A DNA stretch of 64,000 nt from an uncultured bacterium (GCA_965370955.1 CBDUWP010000001.1:2122-66121); one strand, 5' to 3'. Positions 8,210 through 18,741 are shown, numbered from the stretch's first letter. Notes: generated by a model from the letters alone, not told the origin. Numbers and translations are program-made.

Positions 8210-9619
8210 ATGGCAAAAAAAGAACAAAAAAATACAGAGCAAATCAAAGTGTCGTTTATATCGCTGGGCTGTCCAAAGAATACGGTCGATAGCGAACGAA
8301 TGCTGGCGGAAATTGTGCAGGCGGGATTTTTGCTCGCTAGCGAGCCGCAGGATTCCGATGTGGTCGTTATCAATACATGCGGATTTATCGAGCCGGCAAA
8401 ACTCGAGGCAATCGAAACAATCAAGGCAGCAGTCGAACTGAAAAATATTGCAGTGGTCAAAAAAGTGATAGCTGTTGGATGTCTTGCTGAAAGAATGGCA
8501 GGCGAATTGCTGAAAGTTGTAGAAGGATTAGATGCTGTTTCAGGGCTTGATTATCGAGATGATATCTGTCAGGTCATTAAACAAACACTAAAATTAAAAG
8601 ATGGTGAACAACTAAACTTTAATCAGGAAACCGCTGGCAATAATACCGATAGTGACATCGAAAAGCCAAGTCACGCAATCAGCGATGACAGTTGCAGATT
8701 GCTGATCACGCCGGCCCATTCGGCATATCTGAGAATCAGCGAAGGTTGTGACCATAAATGCAGCTTCTGTACGATTCCGGCAATTAGAGGGCCGTTTAGG
8801 AGTAAGCCGCAAGAACAAATCATAAAAGAAGCTCGCGAACTGGCAAAGGCTGGGGTGGTTGAGCTGAACCTTATCGCACAGGATTCGGGCTACTACGGCA
8901 AGGATTTCGGGATTAAAAACGCTCTGCCTGCATTGCTGAAAGAGCTGGAAAAAATCGATGGCATTCACTGGATACGGCTGATGTATATGTATCCGGCTGG
9001 CTTGACGGACGAGGTGATCGAGGCTATCGCCGAAAGCAAAAAAATCGTGAAATATATCGATATGCCAATCCAACATATAAATGATGAAGTATTAAAAAAC
9101 ATGAGGCGGCCGGACCGAAGCAGTCAAATCAAGTCGCTGATCGAAAAACTGCGAAACAAAATTCCGGAAATCGTTATCAGAACGACAGTAATAGTTGGGT
9201 TCCCAGAAGAAACAGACGAACAATTCGGCCAACTGATAGATTTTGTTAAATGGGCAAAATTCGAGGCGCTTGGTGCTTTCTCATACTGCAAAGAACCAGA
9301 AACAGAAGCGGCGAAAATGGAGTGCCAAATCAATGACGATGTGAAAAATTTTAGAAGAGATAAACTGATGGCAACGCAACAGCATGTCGCTTTCAAAAAA
9401 GCAAAAAAAATGGTCGGGCGAAAACTGAAAGTGTTGATCGACTTGGTCGACCAAAATGGATTCTCTGCCAGATATTACGGGCAGGCAATGGATGTCGATG
9501 GGATCTGTATCTGGGGGCAAAATCAAGTTGAGGCTCAGGCGAAAACGGGGGAGTTTAAGAATGTCAAGGTCACCGCGGCAAAAGGGTATGACCTGATCGT
9601 GGAATTGATCGGCGAATAA
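8210..9619 (+). CDS. rimO: Ribosomal protein S12 methylthiotransferase RimO (radical SAM MTTase)
   Basis: The UPF0004 N-terminal domain reads SLGCPKNTVDSE, the radical SAM motif is CDHKCSFCTIP, and a C-terminal TRAM-like region is present. The ATG at 8210 is preferred over the TTG at 8189. Confidence 0.85.
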   Translation: MAKKEQKNTEQIKVSFISLGCPKNTVDSERMLAEIVQAGFLLASEPQDSDVVVINTCGFIEPAKLEAIETIKAAVELKNIAVVKKVIAVGCLAERMAGELLKVVEGLDAVSGLDYRDDICQVIKQTLKLKDGEQLNFNQETAGNNTDSDIEKPSHAISDDSCRLLITPAHSAYLRISEGCDHKCSFCTIPAIRGPFRSKPQEQIIKEARELAKAGVVELNLIAQDSGYYGKDFGIKNALPALLKELEKIDGIHWIRLMYMYPAGLTDEVIEAIAESKKIVKYIDMPIQHINDEVLKNMRRPDRSSQIKSLIEKLRNKIPEIVIRTTVIVGFPEETDEQFGQLIDFVKWAKFEALGAFSYCKEPETEAAKMECQINDDVKNFRRDKLMATQQHVAFKKAKKMVGRKLKVLIDLVDQNGFSARYYGQAMDVDGICIWGQNQVEAQAKTGEFKNVKVTAAKGYDLIVELIGE

Positions 9620-9673
9620 AAACATAAATGTAAATGTTGCCAGTATGACGATTTTAAGTTGATTTATTCGCAA

Positions 9674-10288
9674 ATGCACCCTAAAATCAAACGTATGATT
9701 AAACATGTGCCAAATATTATGACGTTTGGGCGGTTGGTGCTGACGGTTGGATTTTTAGCTATGATATTGCATTCGCCGAATGTCGAAAAGTCAAGAGCGT
9801 TGTTTTTCGATGTGGCTTTCGTACTTTTTGTGATTACGGGAGTGACCGACTTACTCGACGGGTTCGTCGCAAGGCGATACAATGTCACCAGCAAACTCGG
9901 AAGAATTATGGATCCGCTGGCTGATAAATTTCTGGTCTGTGGAGCCTTTTGCTGCTTTGCTGTCGTAGGGGTGCCGTCACTGTTTGACGGACAAATCGCA
10001 AGCCAATATCAATCGGTTATCCTCTGGGCAGTCTTCATTGTTCTTATGGCAAGAGAAGTGTATGTCACGCTGTTAAGGCATGTTGCAGAAGCGAAAGGCA
10101 TCAGTTTTGCAGCCACAGCGTCAGGGAAAATAAAAATGTTCCTCCAATCATTCACTATCGGAACAGTTCTGATAAAAACAGGCCATGTCACTAGAATCTG
10201 GGGAGACTGGTTCACTGCTATTACGCTAGCTCTGATGGTCGCTGCGACAATTATATCAGGCATCAGGGCAACGCAACGGAAAATATGA
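9674..10288 (+). CDS. pgsA: CDP-alcohol phosphatidyltransferase (PgsA-like)
   Basis: The DLLDGFVARRYNVTSKLGRIMDPLADK stretch fits the D-x2-DG-x2-AR...G-x3-D-x3-D motif, and the protein is multi-TM. The start is ambiguous: TTG 9659, ATG 9674 or ATG 9695. Confidence 0.8.
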   Translation: MHPKIKRMIKHVPNIMTFGRLVLTVGFLAMILHSPNVEKSRALFFDVAFVLFVITGVTDLLDGFVARRYNVTSKLGRIMDPLADKFLVCGAFCCFAVVGVPSLFDGQIASQYQSVILWAVFIVLMAREVYVTLLRHVAEAKGISFAATASGKIKMFLQSFTIGTVLIKTGHVTRIWGDWFTAITLALMVAATIISGIRATQRKI

Positions 10289-10376
10289 GCCAGCGAAAGG
10301 CCATTACACAAATGACCAACCAACTGTTCGGCTAAAATTGCAAAGCTAATTGTATTATTTATGAAAAAATCACGAC

Positions 10377-11525
10377 ATGGATGAAAAAAAAGTTAAACGT
10401 ATTTTTGTCAGTGCCCTAGAGCCAAGTGCGGATGTTCATTGTGCGGCGCTTATCGAAGCAATCAAACAAAGGACTGGGCGAAATGTAGAATTTGTCGGGT
10501 TCGGCGGAGATAATATGGCAGAGGCTGGATGCGAACTTATCGAACATACAACCGCGTCGGCGGCGATGATCTATAATGTGTTCTTCAAAATATGGCATTT
10601 TGTGAAACTGATCTATAAAGCTAAAAAATATCTCAAAAATAATCCGGTCGAGCTCGCTATCGTATGCGATTCGCCGGCGTTTAATTTCCATGTGGCAAAA
10701 GCGGCTAAAAAAAATGGCGCAAAAACCCTGTTCTATGTCGCTCCGCAATTGTGGGCGTGGGCCAGCTGGAGAATTAATAAACTGAAAAAATGCTGCGATA
10801 AGCTATGCTGCATATTGCCGTTTGAAGCCAAGTGGTTTGAGGACAAAGGCTTAGAGGTGACGTTCGTAGGGAATCCGCTGTTCGATAATCTGGACGTTGT
10901 GCCGCGAAATTGCAGAAAAAATTACGAATCGTTCTCGCCGAAAAATCTAACGCTAGCAATGGTGCCCGGATCAAGAGATGCAGAAATCAAGACGCTCTGG
11001 AGGCCAATGCAGCAGGTGGCAAACAAACTAAGAAAAAAATATCCGCATATACAAAATGTCGCTGTGGCTGTCGATCAGGAAAAGCTTAATCTGATGAGAA
11101 GCTCACAAATTTTAGGATTTAGATGCCGATACGAATTGGCAACGGTAAATCGAACCTGCGCAGAAGCAGATTTTGCGCTGGTGGCAAGCGGGTCGGCAAC
11201 TCTGCAAGTGGCGGCGGCTGGATGCCCAATGGTCATAATGTATCAAACAAATAAAATACTCTGGAAACTCGTCGGGCGATGGCTTATCAAAACCAAATTT
11301 TTATCGCTGGTCAATATACTAGCAAATAAAGAGCTAGTGCCGGAATTTATGCCGTATTTTGACAGTACCGAACCTATCGCAAAAGCGGCTGAAGAAATCA
11401 TAGATGACAGCGATAAGATGGGCCAAATCAATGGCGAACTTGTCGATATGGCAGAGGAGTTCAACGGAAAAAATGCCTCAAAACTTACAGCAGCAGCAGT
11501 TCTCGATATGCTTTCGCCTTCATAA
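10377..11525 (+). CDS. lpxB: Lipid-A-disaccharide synthase
   Basis: 382 aa. The N-terminus IFVSALEPSADVHCAALIEAIK is typical of LpxB, and the gene lies in an lpx context. Confidence 0.9.
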   Translation: MDEKKVKRIFVSALEPSADVHCAALIEAIKQRTGRNVEFVGFGGDNMAEAGCELIEHTTASAAMIYNVFFKIWHFVKLIYKAKKYLKNNPVELAIVCDSPAFNFHVAKAAKKNGAKTLFYVAPQLWAWASWRINKLKKCCDKLCCILPFEAKWFEDKGLEVTFVGNPLFDNLDVVPRNCRKNYESFSPKNLTLAMVPGSRDAEIKTLWRPMQQVANKLRKKYPHIQNVAVAVDQEKLNLMRSSQILGFRCRYELATVNRTCAEADFALVASGSATLQVAAAGCPMVIMYQTNKILWKLVGRWLIKTKFLSLVNILANKELVPEFMPYFDSTEPIAKAAEEIIDDSDKMGQINGELVDMAEEFNGKNASKLTAAAVLDMLSPS

Positions 11526-11560
11526 TGACACACTTGAAGTTGGATCGGTTTTTTGACGAG

Positions 11561-11645
11561 AGATTGCCGCAGTCAGCCTACGGCCTCCTTCGCAATGACA
11601 ATCTTAAAATGGTTTTGCAGGACAAGCCGCTCGCAATGAAAAATA
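11561..11645. repeat. REP-like dispersed intergenic repeats (three units)
   Basis: AGATTGCCGCAGTCagcctacggcctccttCGCAATGACAATCTtaaaatggttttgcaGGACAAGCCGCTCGCAATGAaaaataagggg. AGATTG (11561) and CAATCT (11599) are inverted repeats. The units match those at 5831-5934. Confidence 0.65.
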
Positions 11646-11702
11646 AGGGGAAAGTCCTATAATCAACCCAGTTCCAGTGCTGGCAGCTAAATAGAGTTTT
11701 AT

Positions 11703-11731
11703 TTTGACAATTAACCCAATTCGACGTAAAA
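11703..11731 (+). promoter_or_regulatory. Sigma70-like promoter candidate upstream of dnaB
   Basis: TTGACA (11703-11708), an exact 17-nt spacer and TAAAAT (11726-11731) lie about 80 nt upstream of the dnaB start. This is a consensus match only. Confidence 0.35.
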
Positions 11732-11812
11732 TTAGCCCTCTATAATACGCTACAATTGATTTTTGAATAATGCAGACTCTGCGGTGATTGGGATTTAGGA
11801 CGAAAACGGAAA

Positions 11813-13261
11813 TTGACTAAAATAGCAACCGACAAAAAAAACAAAAAGGCAACAGCTAAAATTGTGCCGGTTCACAGCCAAGCACAACTGCTCGGCAGAA
11901 CTATACCGGAATCTCTGGCCGCCGAAGCTGCAGTATTGGGATCGATGATCGTTGATCCAGTCTGCGTGGCAAATGTTGTCGAAGTTCTAAACAGCCAATC
12001 GTTCAACAGAATCGAACATCAAATGATTTTCGAGGCATTGATCCATCTCTATGAAAATAATAGCGGACATGGTATCGATGCAGTGCTGCTAAAAGATGAA
12101 CTCGAAAGAAGGAAGCAGCTAAAAGAAATCGGATCAGTCGAGTATCTGGCGAAAATTATGGAGTCAGTGCCGTCGTCAGCAAATATTGACTACTACGCGT
12201 CAATAGTTAAAGCAAAGGCGCTGCAAAGAAGTCTGATAGTCGCGGCAACGGAAATTCTTAACGAGGCTTATGACCCGGCAGGTGAAGTGGACGAAAAAGT
12301 CGATAACGCCGAGCAGAAAATTTTTGCGGTGACAAGTGAAAAAATTTCCAAAACGGCTGAAACCATGAAAAGCCTTGTGACAAAAACGTTTGACCTCATA
12401 AGCAAACGTAAAGGCCATCATGTCACGGGAATCTCCACAGGATTCTACGAACTCGATGATATGACAAGCGGGTTGCAAAACGGAGAAATGATTATCGTGG
12501 CGGCAAGGCCAAGTATGGGAAAAACGGCGCTGGCACTGAATATCGCTGAATATATCGGAATAGAAGAGCAAAAGCCAGTGGCTATCTTCTCTCTCGAAAT
12601 GGGATCGCAGCAACTGGCCGAAAGATTCCTCTGCAGTAGAGCAAGGGCTGATTCGCAAAGGGTTAGAAAAGGTATGATCGATGATGGACTCGCGAGCAAA
12701 TTAGCCTATGCCTGCGAAGAATTCGCGACCGCGCCGATCTTTATCGATGATACGCCGTCTCTTACGCCGCTGGAACTGAGAGCAAAGGCAAGGCGATTGA
12801 AAAGCCAATATGATATATCATGTATCGTGGTGGATTATCTACAGCTAATGCATATCTCTGGAAGAGTCGAGTCGAGGCAACAGGAAATAACGACAATATC
12901 AAGGTATCTAAAGGCGACGGCAAGAGAACTGAAAGTGCCGATCGTAGTGCTTAGTCAACTCAATCGAGCAGCAGAAGGGCGAGAAGGACATAGGCCGAGA
13001 ATGAGCGACCTGAGAGAGTCGGGAAGTATCGAGCAAGATGCCGATGTGGTTATGCTATTACATCGAGAAGATTATTATCACAAAGGTGATGCGGATTACG
13101 AAGATAATAATACGGCGGAAATTATTATCGCAAAGCAAAGAAATGGCCCAACTGGATCCATAGAAATGGTCTTCTTGGGAAAATATACAAGGTTCGAAAA
13201 TGCTTCGCATATAGCTGAACCTGATTTAGATTATGATGATACACAAACAGCACCCTTTTAA
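11813..13261 (+). CDS. dnaB: Replicative DNA helicase DnaB
   Basis: The N-terminal domain reads IPESLAAEAAVLGSMIVDP, Walker A is ARPSMGKTALALNIA, and RESGSIEQDADVV is present. There is no in-frame ATG upstream of the conserved N-terminus, so a TTG (11813) start is inferred. Confidence 0.95.
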   Translation: MTKIATDKKNKKATAKIVPVHSQAQLLGRTIPESLAAEAAVLGSMIVDPVCVANVVEVLNSQSFNRIEHQMIFEALIHLYENNSGHGIDAVLLKDELERRKQLKEIGSVEYLAKIMESVPSSANIDYYASIVKAKALQRSLIVAATEILNEAYDPAGEVDEKVDNAEQKIFAVTSEKISKTAETMKSLVTKTFDLISKRKGHHVTGISTGFYELDDMTSGLQNGEMIIVAARPSMGKTALALNIAEYIGIEEQKPVAIFSLEMGSQQLAERFLCSRARADSQRVRKGMIDDGLASKLAYACEEFATAPIFIDDTPSLTPLELRAKARRLKSQYDISCIVVDYLQLMHISGRVESRQQEITTISRYLKATARELKVPIVVLSQLNRAAEGREGHRPRMSDLRESGSIEQDADVVMLLHREDYYHKGDADYEDNNTAEIIIAKQRNGPTGSIEMVFLGKYTRFENASHIAEPDLDYDDTQTAPF

Positions 13262-13347
13262 TAATAAATGATGAAAATGGTAAAGATGAAAATAAAAGGG
13301 GAAACGGAAGTCGAAAAAATTAGCAGGATGCTTAAGGAGCAAAAATA

Positions 13348-15690
13348 ATGAAGAGTATCTTCAAAAAGAAATTGTTCGCTGGAATTATTATTGCAATTTT
13401 AGCCGGACAGATATCGCTGGCAGCAAAACAAAACGGACAAGAAAAAATACTGGGCGAAGTTGCCGTGTCAGGAAATACCAGTATCAAAGACAGCGAGATT
13501 ATCGCTAAGGCGAGAAGCCGGGTCGGGCAACAATTTCAGATCTCTGTAGCAGAAGAAGATTGTAAAAGAATCGCTGTCATGGAAGGGGTCGAATACTGCT
13601 ATTATAACTCAACTGTCGTAAATGGAAAAATAAAGCTGACCTTCGTGGTCGTGGAAAAAAATCTGGTAAGAAGTATCAGGTTTGAAGGGAATTATACGTT
13701 CGCCGCTAAAAAGCTATTGAAAAAAATCGATGTCAAAACCGGTGACTATTTTACAATCATTATGGCAGAAGAAGGAAGGAAAGCACTTTATGAATATTAT
13801 CGCAAAAAAGGCTATGCTTTCGCTGCTGTCAAGCTAGAGCCGGCGGGATTGGCAAAAGGGCAAATCCTCTATAATATCAGCGAAGGGCCGAGAGTTAGAA
13901 TCAGTGCGGTCAAGCTAAAAGGCAATGAAAAAATAAAAACAAAGGATCTGAAAAAAGTTGTTAAACTGAAAAAAAATAAGTTCATCTTTTTCAAAAGATA
14001 TCTAAACGAAGAGCATATCAAAAAAGAATTGGTGCGGCTGCAAAATGTTTATTATGACCATGGCTATCTGGATGTGGGGATCCAAGTTAATCGGTCATTT
14101 AATAATGAAAAAACTAAAATCGTGATCACCTTTATCATAAATGAAGGCAATGCATATGTCGTAGGAAATGTGGCGATCGAGGGAGTGACTCAGAAAAAAA
14201 CCGAAGACCTGAAAAAAGAAATGGTGCTCGAAGAAAAACAAACATACAACGAAAGAAAAGCGAAAGAAGATGTCGATACAATCCTGAAAGCTTACAGAAC
14301 TGACGGGTTTATCGATGTCACTGTAGATAAAGAACAAAAATTTATATCTGATACCACAGTCGATGTACATTACAAAACTGAAGAAAAATCACGATACAAA
14401 ATCGGGGCTATCAATATCAGCGGCAACGAAGATACCCAAGATAAAGTCATACGAAGGGTACTCGACGAATATGATTTCAGCCCGGGAAAATGGTATAATG
14501 CAGATTTGGCAAGGGCCAACGGGCAAGGACAACTCGAAAAACTCGTCAAAAGAACCGCTGTGCTGGAGTCGGTCGTGATTACGCCTGTCAAAAAAGGAGA
14601 TGACTTAGCTGATGCACAAGTCACTGTCGTCGAAGGACAAACAGGGTCCATCATGCTGGGGGCGGGAATCGCATCTGATAGCGGACTGATGGGACAAATC
14701 ATATACGAACAGAAAAATTTCGATATCAAAGATAAGCCAAAAAGCTTCTATGAATTTATAACGGGAAAAGCTTACAAAGGGGCTGGCCAAAATATGAGGA
14801 TAGCACTACAGCCGGGAACTGATCAATCGACGTATTCTATCAGCTTTACCGAGCCGTATCTATATAACAAGCCGATGTCCTTGAATTTTTCCGCTTCAAT
14901 CTTCGAAAGAGGGCAGGAATGCTACGAGGAACAGAGAATTCGATCCTATTTCGGGTTAGAAAAAAGATATAAAAGCAAGTGGCGAAGAAGCGTAAGTTTC
15001 AGAGCGGAACAAGTGACTGTCGGCAGTCTCGATTTCGACGCGCCAGAAGCAGTGGTGGACGATAAAGGAAAAAGCACCTTCGCTGGTATCAAGCTGGGCA
15101 TAACAAGAAATCTGACCGATGACGCAATGAATCCAAGCAAAGGGACAATTGTTCAGGCAAGTTTCGAGCAAGTTGGAGGAGATCATATCTTCAGCATATT
15201 GAGCGGAACTTATAAAAAATTCAAGACGCTGAATATCGATCTGGCTGACAGGAAAACAATACTGGCTACAAAACTGCACGCAGCTGCTATCATTGGAGAT
15301 GCACCAGTGTATGAAAAGTTCTATGCAGGTGGGGCAAGCAGCATAAGAGGTTTTGAATATCGAGGAGTCAGCACAAGAGGAAGGCCGAGAGTCGGCGGAG
15401 TAAACACCAACGGCAAAAAGAAAGATCCGATAGGAAGCAACTGGCTGTTCTTGGCGAATGCCGAGGTAACAGTACCACTGGCAAGCGATAATTTCGCAAT
15501 GCTGTTCTTCGTCGATGCAGGAGCTATCGATTCGGGTAGTTTTAGAGCGTCTGTTGGTACGGGTGTGCAAATTTTGATACCAAGATGGTTTGGGCCAGTG
15601 CCTATGAGATTTGAACTGGCAACGCCGCTGATGAAATCTGGAGATGATAAAACGCAAGTGTTTAGCTTCTCTGTCGGAAGATTATTCTAA
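13348..15690 (+). CDS. bamA: Outer membrane protein assembly factor BamA (Omp85)
   Basis: 780 aa with a signal peptide, repeated POTRA-like units (I..I.F.GN....) and a C-terminal beta-barrel ending ...FSFSVGRLF. It is followed by skp-lpxD. Confidence 0.9.
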   Translation: MKSIFKKKLFAGIIIAILAGQISLAAKQNGQEKILGEVAVSGNTSIKDSEIIAKARSRVGQQFQISVAEEDCKRIAVMEGVEYCYYNSTVVNGKIKLTFVVVEKNLVRSIRFEGNYTFAAKKLLKKIDVKTGDYFTIIMAEEGRKALYEYYRKKGYAFAAVKLEPAGLAKGQILYNISEGPRVRISAVKLKGNEKIKTKDLKKVVKLKKNKFIFFKRYLNEEHIKKELVRLQNVYYDHGYLDVGIQVNRSFNNEKTKIVITFIINEGNAYVVGNVAIEGVTQKKTEDLKKEMVLEEKQTYNERKAKEDVDTILKAYRTDGFIDVTVDKEQKFISDTTVDVHYKTEEKSRYKIGAINISGNEDTQDKVIRRVLDEYDFSPGKWYNADLARANGQGQLEKLVKRTAVLESVVITPVKKGDDLADAQVTVVEGQTGSIMLGAGIASDSGLMGQIIYEQKNFDIKDKPKSFYEFITGKAYKGAGQNMRIALQPGTDQSTYSISFTEPYLYNKPMSLNFSASIFERGQECYEEQRIRSYFGLEKRYKSKWRRSVSFRAEQVTVGSLDFDAPEAVVDDKGKSTFAGIKLGITRNLTDDAMNPSKGTIVQASFEQVGGDHIFSILSGTYKKFKTLNIDLADRKTILATKLHAAAIIGDAPVYEKFYAGGASSIRGFEYRGVSTRGRPRVGGVNTNGKKKDPIGSNWLFLANAEVTVPLASDNFAMLFFVDAGAIDSGSFRASVGTGVQILIPRWFGPVPMRFELATPLMKSGDDKTQVFSFSVGRLF

Positions 15691-15744
15691 AACAAATAAA
15701 AGCTATATAAAAAAAATGCTAATTTTTTTGTGAGGATTGTGGAT

Positions 15745-16335
15745 ATGAATAAAAGAAATGTTGTTTACAGTTTGGTGATAACAGCTGTCGTGATGCTGGC
15801 TTGTTTTCAAATGACTGATGCTAAGCCGGCAAAAAATAGCGGCAAAACGAAAATAGGCGTAGTAGATATAAGGAACGTCTTCGAGAACAGCAAAAAAAAT
15901 GACAGCTATCGAAAATCAGCAGATGCCGAACAGCAACAAATTATCGCTGAACTCGATAAAATGAATAAAGAAATCGAACTTGCTCAAGCCGGACTAAATA
16001 CGCTAAAGCCCGGAACTAAAGATTATGAGGATGAAGCGAAAGCTGTGATCGAAAAACAAGCGAATCTACAGGCTAATCAGGAATTCTATAAACAAACATT
16101 GTCCAGAAAAGATCAAAAATGGACAGAAGATGTGTATAACGAAATCTTGAGGCTTACGGCGGAAGTCGCTCAGCAAAAAGGACTGGATCTGGTGCTTGAA
16201 AAAAATGTGCCTATGTCACCGGCTATGAATGCAAATGAATTGATGCTGAATATCCGTACGCATAAGGTGCTGTATAGTGATGGTTGTGAAGATATTACAA
16301 ATGAAGTTATGGCTAGATTAGATGCGGCTAAGTAA
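15745..16335 (+). CDS. skp: OmpH/Skp-family periplasmic chaperone
   Basis: A signal peptide is followed by a long helical Lys/Glu/Gln-rich body, in the conserved position between bamA and lpxD. ATG 15745 is preceded by GAGGA; the track start at 15730 is a GTG. Confidence 0.75.
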   Translation: MNKRNVVYSLVITAVVMLACFQMTDAKPAKNSGKTKIGVVDIRNVFENSKKNDSYRKSADAEQQQIIAELDKMNKEIELAQAGLNTLKPGTKDYEDEAKAVIEKQANLQANQEFYKQTLSRKDQKWTEDVYNEILRLTAEVAQQKGLDLVLEKNVPMSPAMNANELMLNIRTHKVLYSDGCEDITNEVMARLDAAK

Positions 16336-16367
16336 TAAGTGATAAGTGATAAAAAAGGTCATATTGC

Positions 16368-17399
16368 ATGAAGGTGACAATTAAACAGCTGGCTGAAAAA
16401 ATCGGTGCTGAGTTGACAGGTGCAGGCAACGAAATGGTTGAAAGTGTTATGACCATAGAGGCGGCAAGTGACAATCAGGTGACGTTTGCTAAAGGCAATA
16501 AGCATCTGAAAAAACTAGCGATGTCTAAGGCGGCGGCTGTCATTATCGATAAACAGGTAGAAAATCTTGAAATGACGCAGCTCGTTGTGAAAGATGTCGA
16601 TAGGGCTTTGATTGCGGCTTTGGGAATCTTTGCACCGGATGAGACAAAGATGATAGCTAAAGTCGACGAAACGGCTGTTATCGCTGATGATGTCGAAATC
16701 GATGGAACCTGTTATGTCGGGCCGCAGGTGGTGATCGAAACAGGTTGCAAAATCGGGGAAAATGTCACTATCTCCGCAGGTTGCAAAATTGGTCAAAATG
16801 TCACCATAGCAGCCAATACGAAAATAGACAGCAATGTCGTTATATATCGAAATTGCGAAATCGGGAAAAATGTTGTTGTCCAAGCTAATACAACAATCGG
16901 ATCAGTGGGATTCGGTTATTCATTTATCAATGGAGCCCATCAGCTGATACCGCATAACGGCAATGTGATAATCGAAGATTTTGTCGAAATAGGCGCAAAT
17001 TGCTGTGTCGATAGGGCGAAATTCGGCGCAACTGTTATCGGGGCTGGAACAAAGCTGGATAACTTGGTCCATGTGGCACATAATGTGGTTATAGGCAAAT
17101 GCTGCGCGATCGCCGGGCAAGTAGGGGTCGCTGGAAGTGCAGTCCTAGGTGATGGTGTGATTATCGGCGGACAAGCGGCAATCAGAGATAATGTGACTGT
17201 GGGGTCGGGCGTTTTGATTGCTGGAAAAACCGGAGTAGGACATGATGTCGAGCCGGGCCAGCAGATTTCAGGTTACGTTGCGATGCCGCATAAGCAAAGT
17301 CTAAAGGTGATGATCCTGACAGCGAAGTTGCCAAAGATAGTTAAGCAGCTTAGAAGTCTGGCTAAAACGGTCAAACAATTGAAAAAAAATAAACAATAA
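16368..17399 (+). CDS. lpxD: UDP-3-O-acylglucosamine N-acyltransferase
   Basis: An N-terminal LpxD domain is followed by extended left-handed beta-helix hexapeptide repeats (IG.N..I....). Confidence 0.9.
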   Translation: MKVTIKQLAEKIGAELTGAGNEMVESVMTIEAASDNQVTFAKGNKHLKKLAMSKAAAVIIDKQVENLEMTQLVVKDVDRALIAALGIFAPDETKMIAKVDETAVIADDVEIDGTCYVGPQVVIETGCKIGENVTISAGCKIGQNVTIAANTKIDSNVVIYRNCEIGKNVVVQANTTIGSVGFGYSFINGAHQLIPHNGNVIIEDFVEIGANCCVDRAKFGATVIGAGTKLDNLVHVAHNVVIGKCCAIAGQVGVAGSAVLGDGVIIGGQAAIRDNVTVGSGVLIAGKTGVGHDVEPGQQISGYVAMPHKQSLKVMILTAKLPKIVKQLRSLAKTVKQLKKNKQ

Positions 17400-17430
17400 A
17401 ACAAACGTCTGATGTGAAGGCTGACTGAAC

Positions 17431-18741
17431 TTGAAATTACAGAAAACAATAAAAGCTGAATGCTCTATCGCTGGAAAAGGACTGTTTTCTGGACGGGATG
17501 TGCGGCTATTGTTTAAGCCGGCACCTGTCGAAACTGGTATCGTGTTCGTTAGAACTGATCTGACAGAGCCGGTGAGAATCGAGGTCGCAGCAAAAAATAT
17601 TGGACAAATACCAAGAAGAACCACACTGCAAAAAGGTAATGTCACCATCGAAACAACAGAGCATTGCATGGCGGCTGTAAGCGCGCTGGGAATTGATAAT
17701 CTCATTATCGAAACCGATAGTGCAGAGTTGCCGGCTGCAGGGGGCAGCAGTATCAAATTTTTCAAATTGCTGAAAAGAGCTGAAGTCGTAGAGCAGCAGG
17801 GCAAAAAAAAAGAATTTGTCATAACTGAGCCAATCAGCATAACAGAAGGAGGGATGTCAATATATGCATTGCCATATGATGACGATGTGCTGAATGTTAC
17901 ATATGATCTCGATTATGGCGGACATACGGGGATCGGAAGGCAAATGTACAGTTGTCGATTGACAGCTGACGGCTTTGAAAAAAATCTCGCAAGAGCTAGA
18001 ACATTTCTCTTAGAAGCTGAAGCTAAACAATTTCAGGCCAGAGGTATCGGAACCCATCTGGGGCCAAGAGATATCTTGGTGATCAATTCCGATGGGCCAA
18101 TCAAAAATAAATATCTGTTTGAAAACGAATGTGTAAAGCATAAAATTCTCGATCTTGTCGGGGACTTAACGCTGGTTGGAAGGGCAATAAAAGGGCGAAT
18201 CGTGGCCTACAAAAGCGGCCATGTGCTGAACCAAAAATTGGCGGTGAAATTAAGCCAAATGGCGGCTAAACAAGATAGACTCGCTAATTCTGGAACCGAT
18301 GCAATTTTAGATATCAAAAGGATTCAAAAAATCTTGCCGCATAGGTATCCGCTGCTGTTGGTTGATAGGGTTATAGATGTGCAAGGTGATAGAAAAATTA
18401 CCGGTATTAAAAATGTTACCTTCAATGAGTTGTTCTTTCAGGGACATTTTCCAACGACGCCTGTGATGCCGGGTGTGCTTATCGTAGAAGCGATGGCGCA
18501 GGTGTCAGGTTTGCTATTTGCGCAAAAACTTGAGCATACGGGTAAATTGGCAGTGCTGCTTAGAATGGATGATGTCAAGTTTAGAAAGGCTGTCGTGCCG
18601 GGTGATCAACTCATCTTGACCTCAGAAGTACTAAAGCAAAGGAGCAGAACGGCAATATGTAAATGTACGGCGGCTGTTAATGATACGATAGTCACCGAAG
18701 CGAAAATAAGCTTTATGCTGGTAGAAGATGAAAAAATCTAA
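17431..18741 (+). CDS. lpxC/fabZ: Bifunctional UDP-3-O-acyl-GlcNAc deacetylase / 3-hydroxyacyl-ACP dehydratase (LpxC-FabZ fusion)
   Basis: The LpxC part contains KTIKAECSIAGKGLFSG, TTEHCMAAVSALGIDN and KSGHVLN. The FabZ part contains ILPHRYPLLLVDRV and FFQGHFPTTPVMPGVLIVEAMAQ. The start is a TTG with GTGAAGG upstream. Confidence 0.95.
   Translation: MKLQKTIKAECSIAGKGLFSGRDVRLLFKPAPVETGIVFVRTDLTEPVRIEVAAKNIGQIPRRTTLQKGNVTIETTEHCMAAVSALGIDNLIIETDSAELPAAGGSSIKFFKLLKRAEVVEQQGKKKEFVITEPISITEGGMSIYALPYDDDVLNVTYDLDYGGHTGIGRQMYSCRLTADGFEKNLARARTFLLEAEAKQFQARGIGTHLGPRDILVINSDGPIKNKYLFENECVKHKILDLVGDLTLVGRAIKGRIVAYKSGHVLNQKLAVKLSQMAAKQDRLANSGTDAILDIKRIQKILPHRYPLLLVDRVIDVQGDRKITGIKNVTFNELFFQGHFPTTPVMPGVLIVEAMAQVSGLLFAQKLEHTGKLAVLLRMDDVKFRKAVVPGDQLILTSEVLKQRSRTAICKCTAAVNDTIVTEAKISFMLVEDEKI

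Noticed and set aside
11525-11665. A 46-codon ORF starting with a TAATG overlap on the lpxB stop (MTHLKLDRFFDERLPQSAYGLLRNDNLKMVLQDKPLAMKNKGKVL).
   Set aside because: It is made almost entirely of the REP-like repeat units. This kind of ...LRNDN.../...LAMK... peptide is a known artefact of translating these repeats.
14956-15657. A 233-aa minus-strand ORF, along with other minus-strand ORFs inside bamA.
   Set aside because: It is antisense to bamA, has no RBS or motif, and its composition is atypical.
17301-17840. A 179-aa minus-strand ORF spanning the lpxD/lpxC junction.
   Set aside because: It overlaps two strongly supported plus-strand genes, so it is a shadow ORF.
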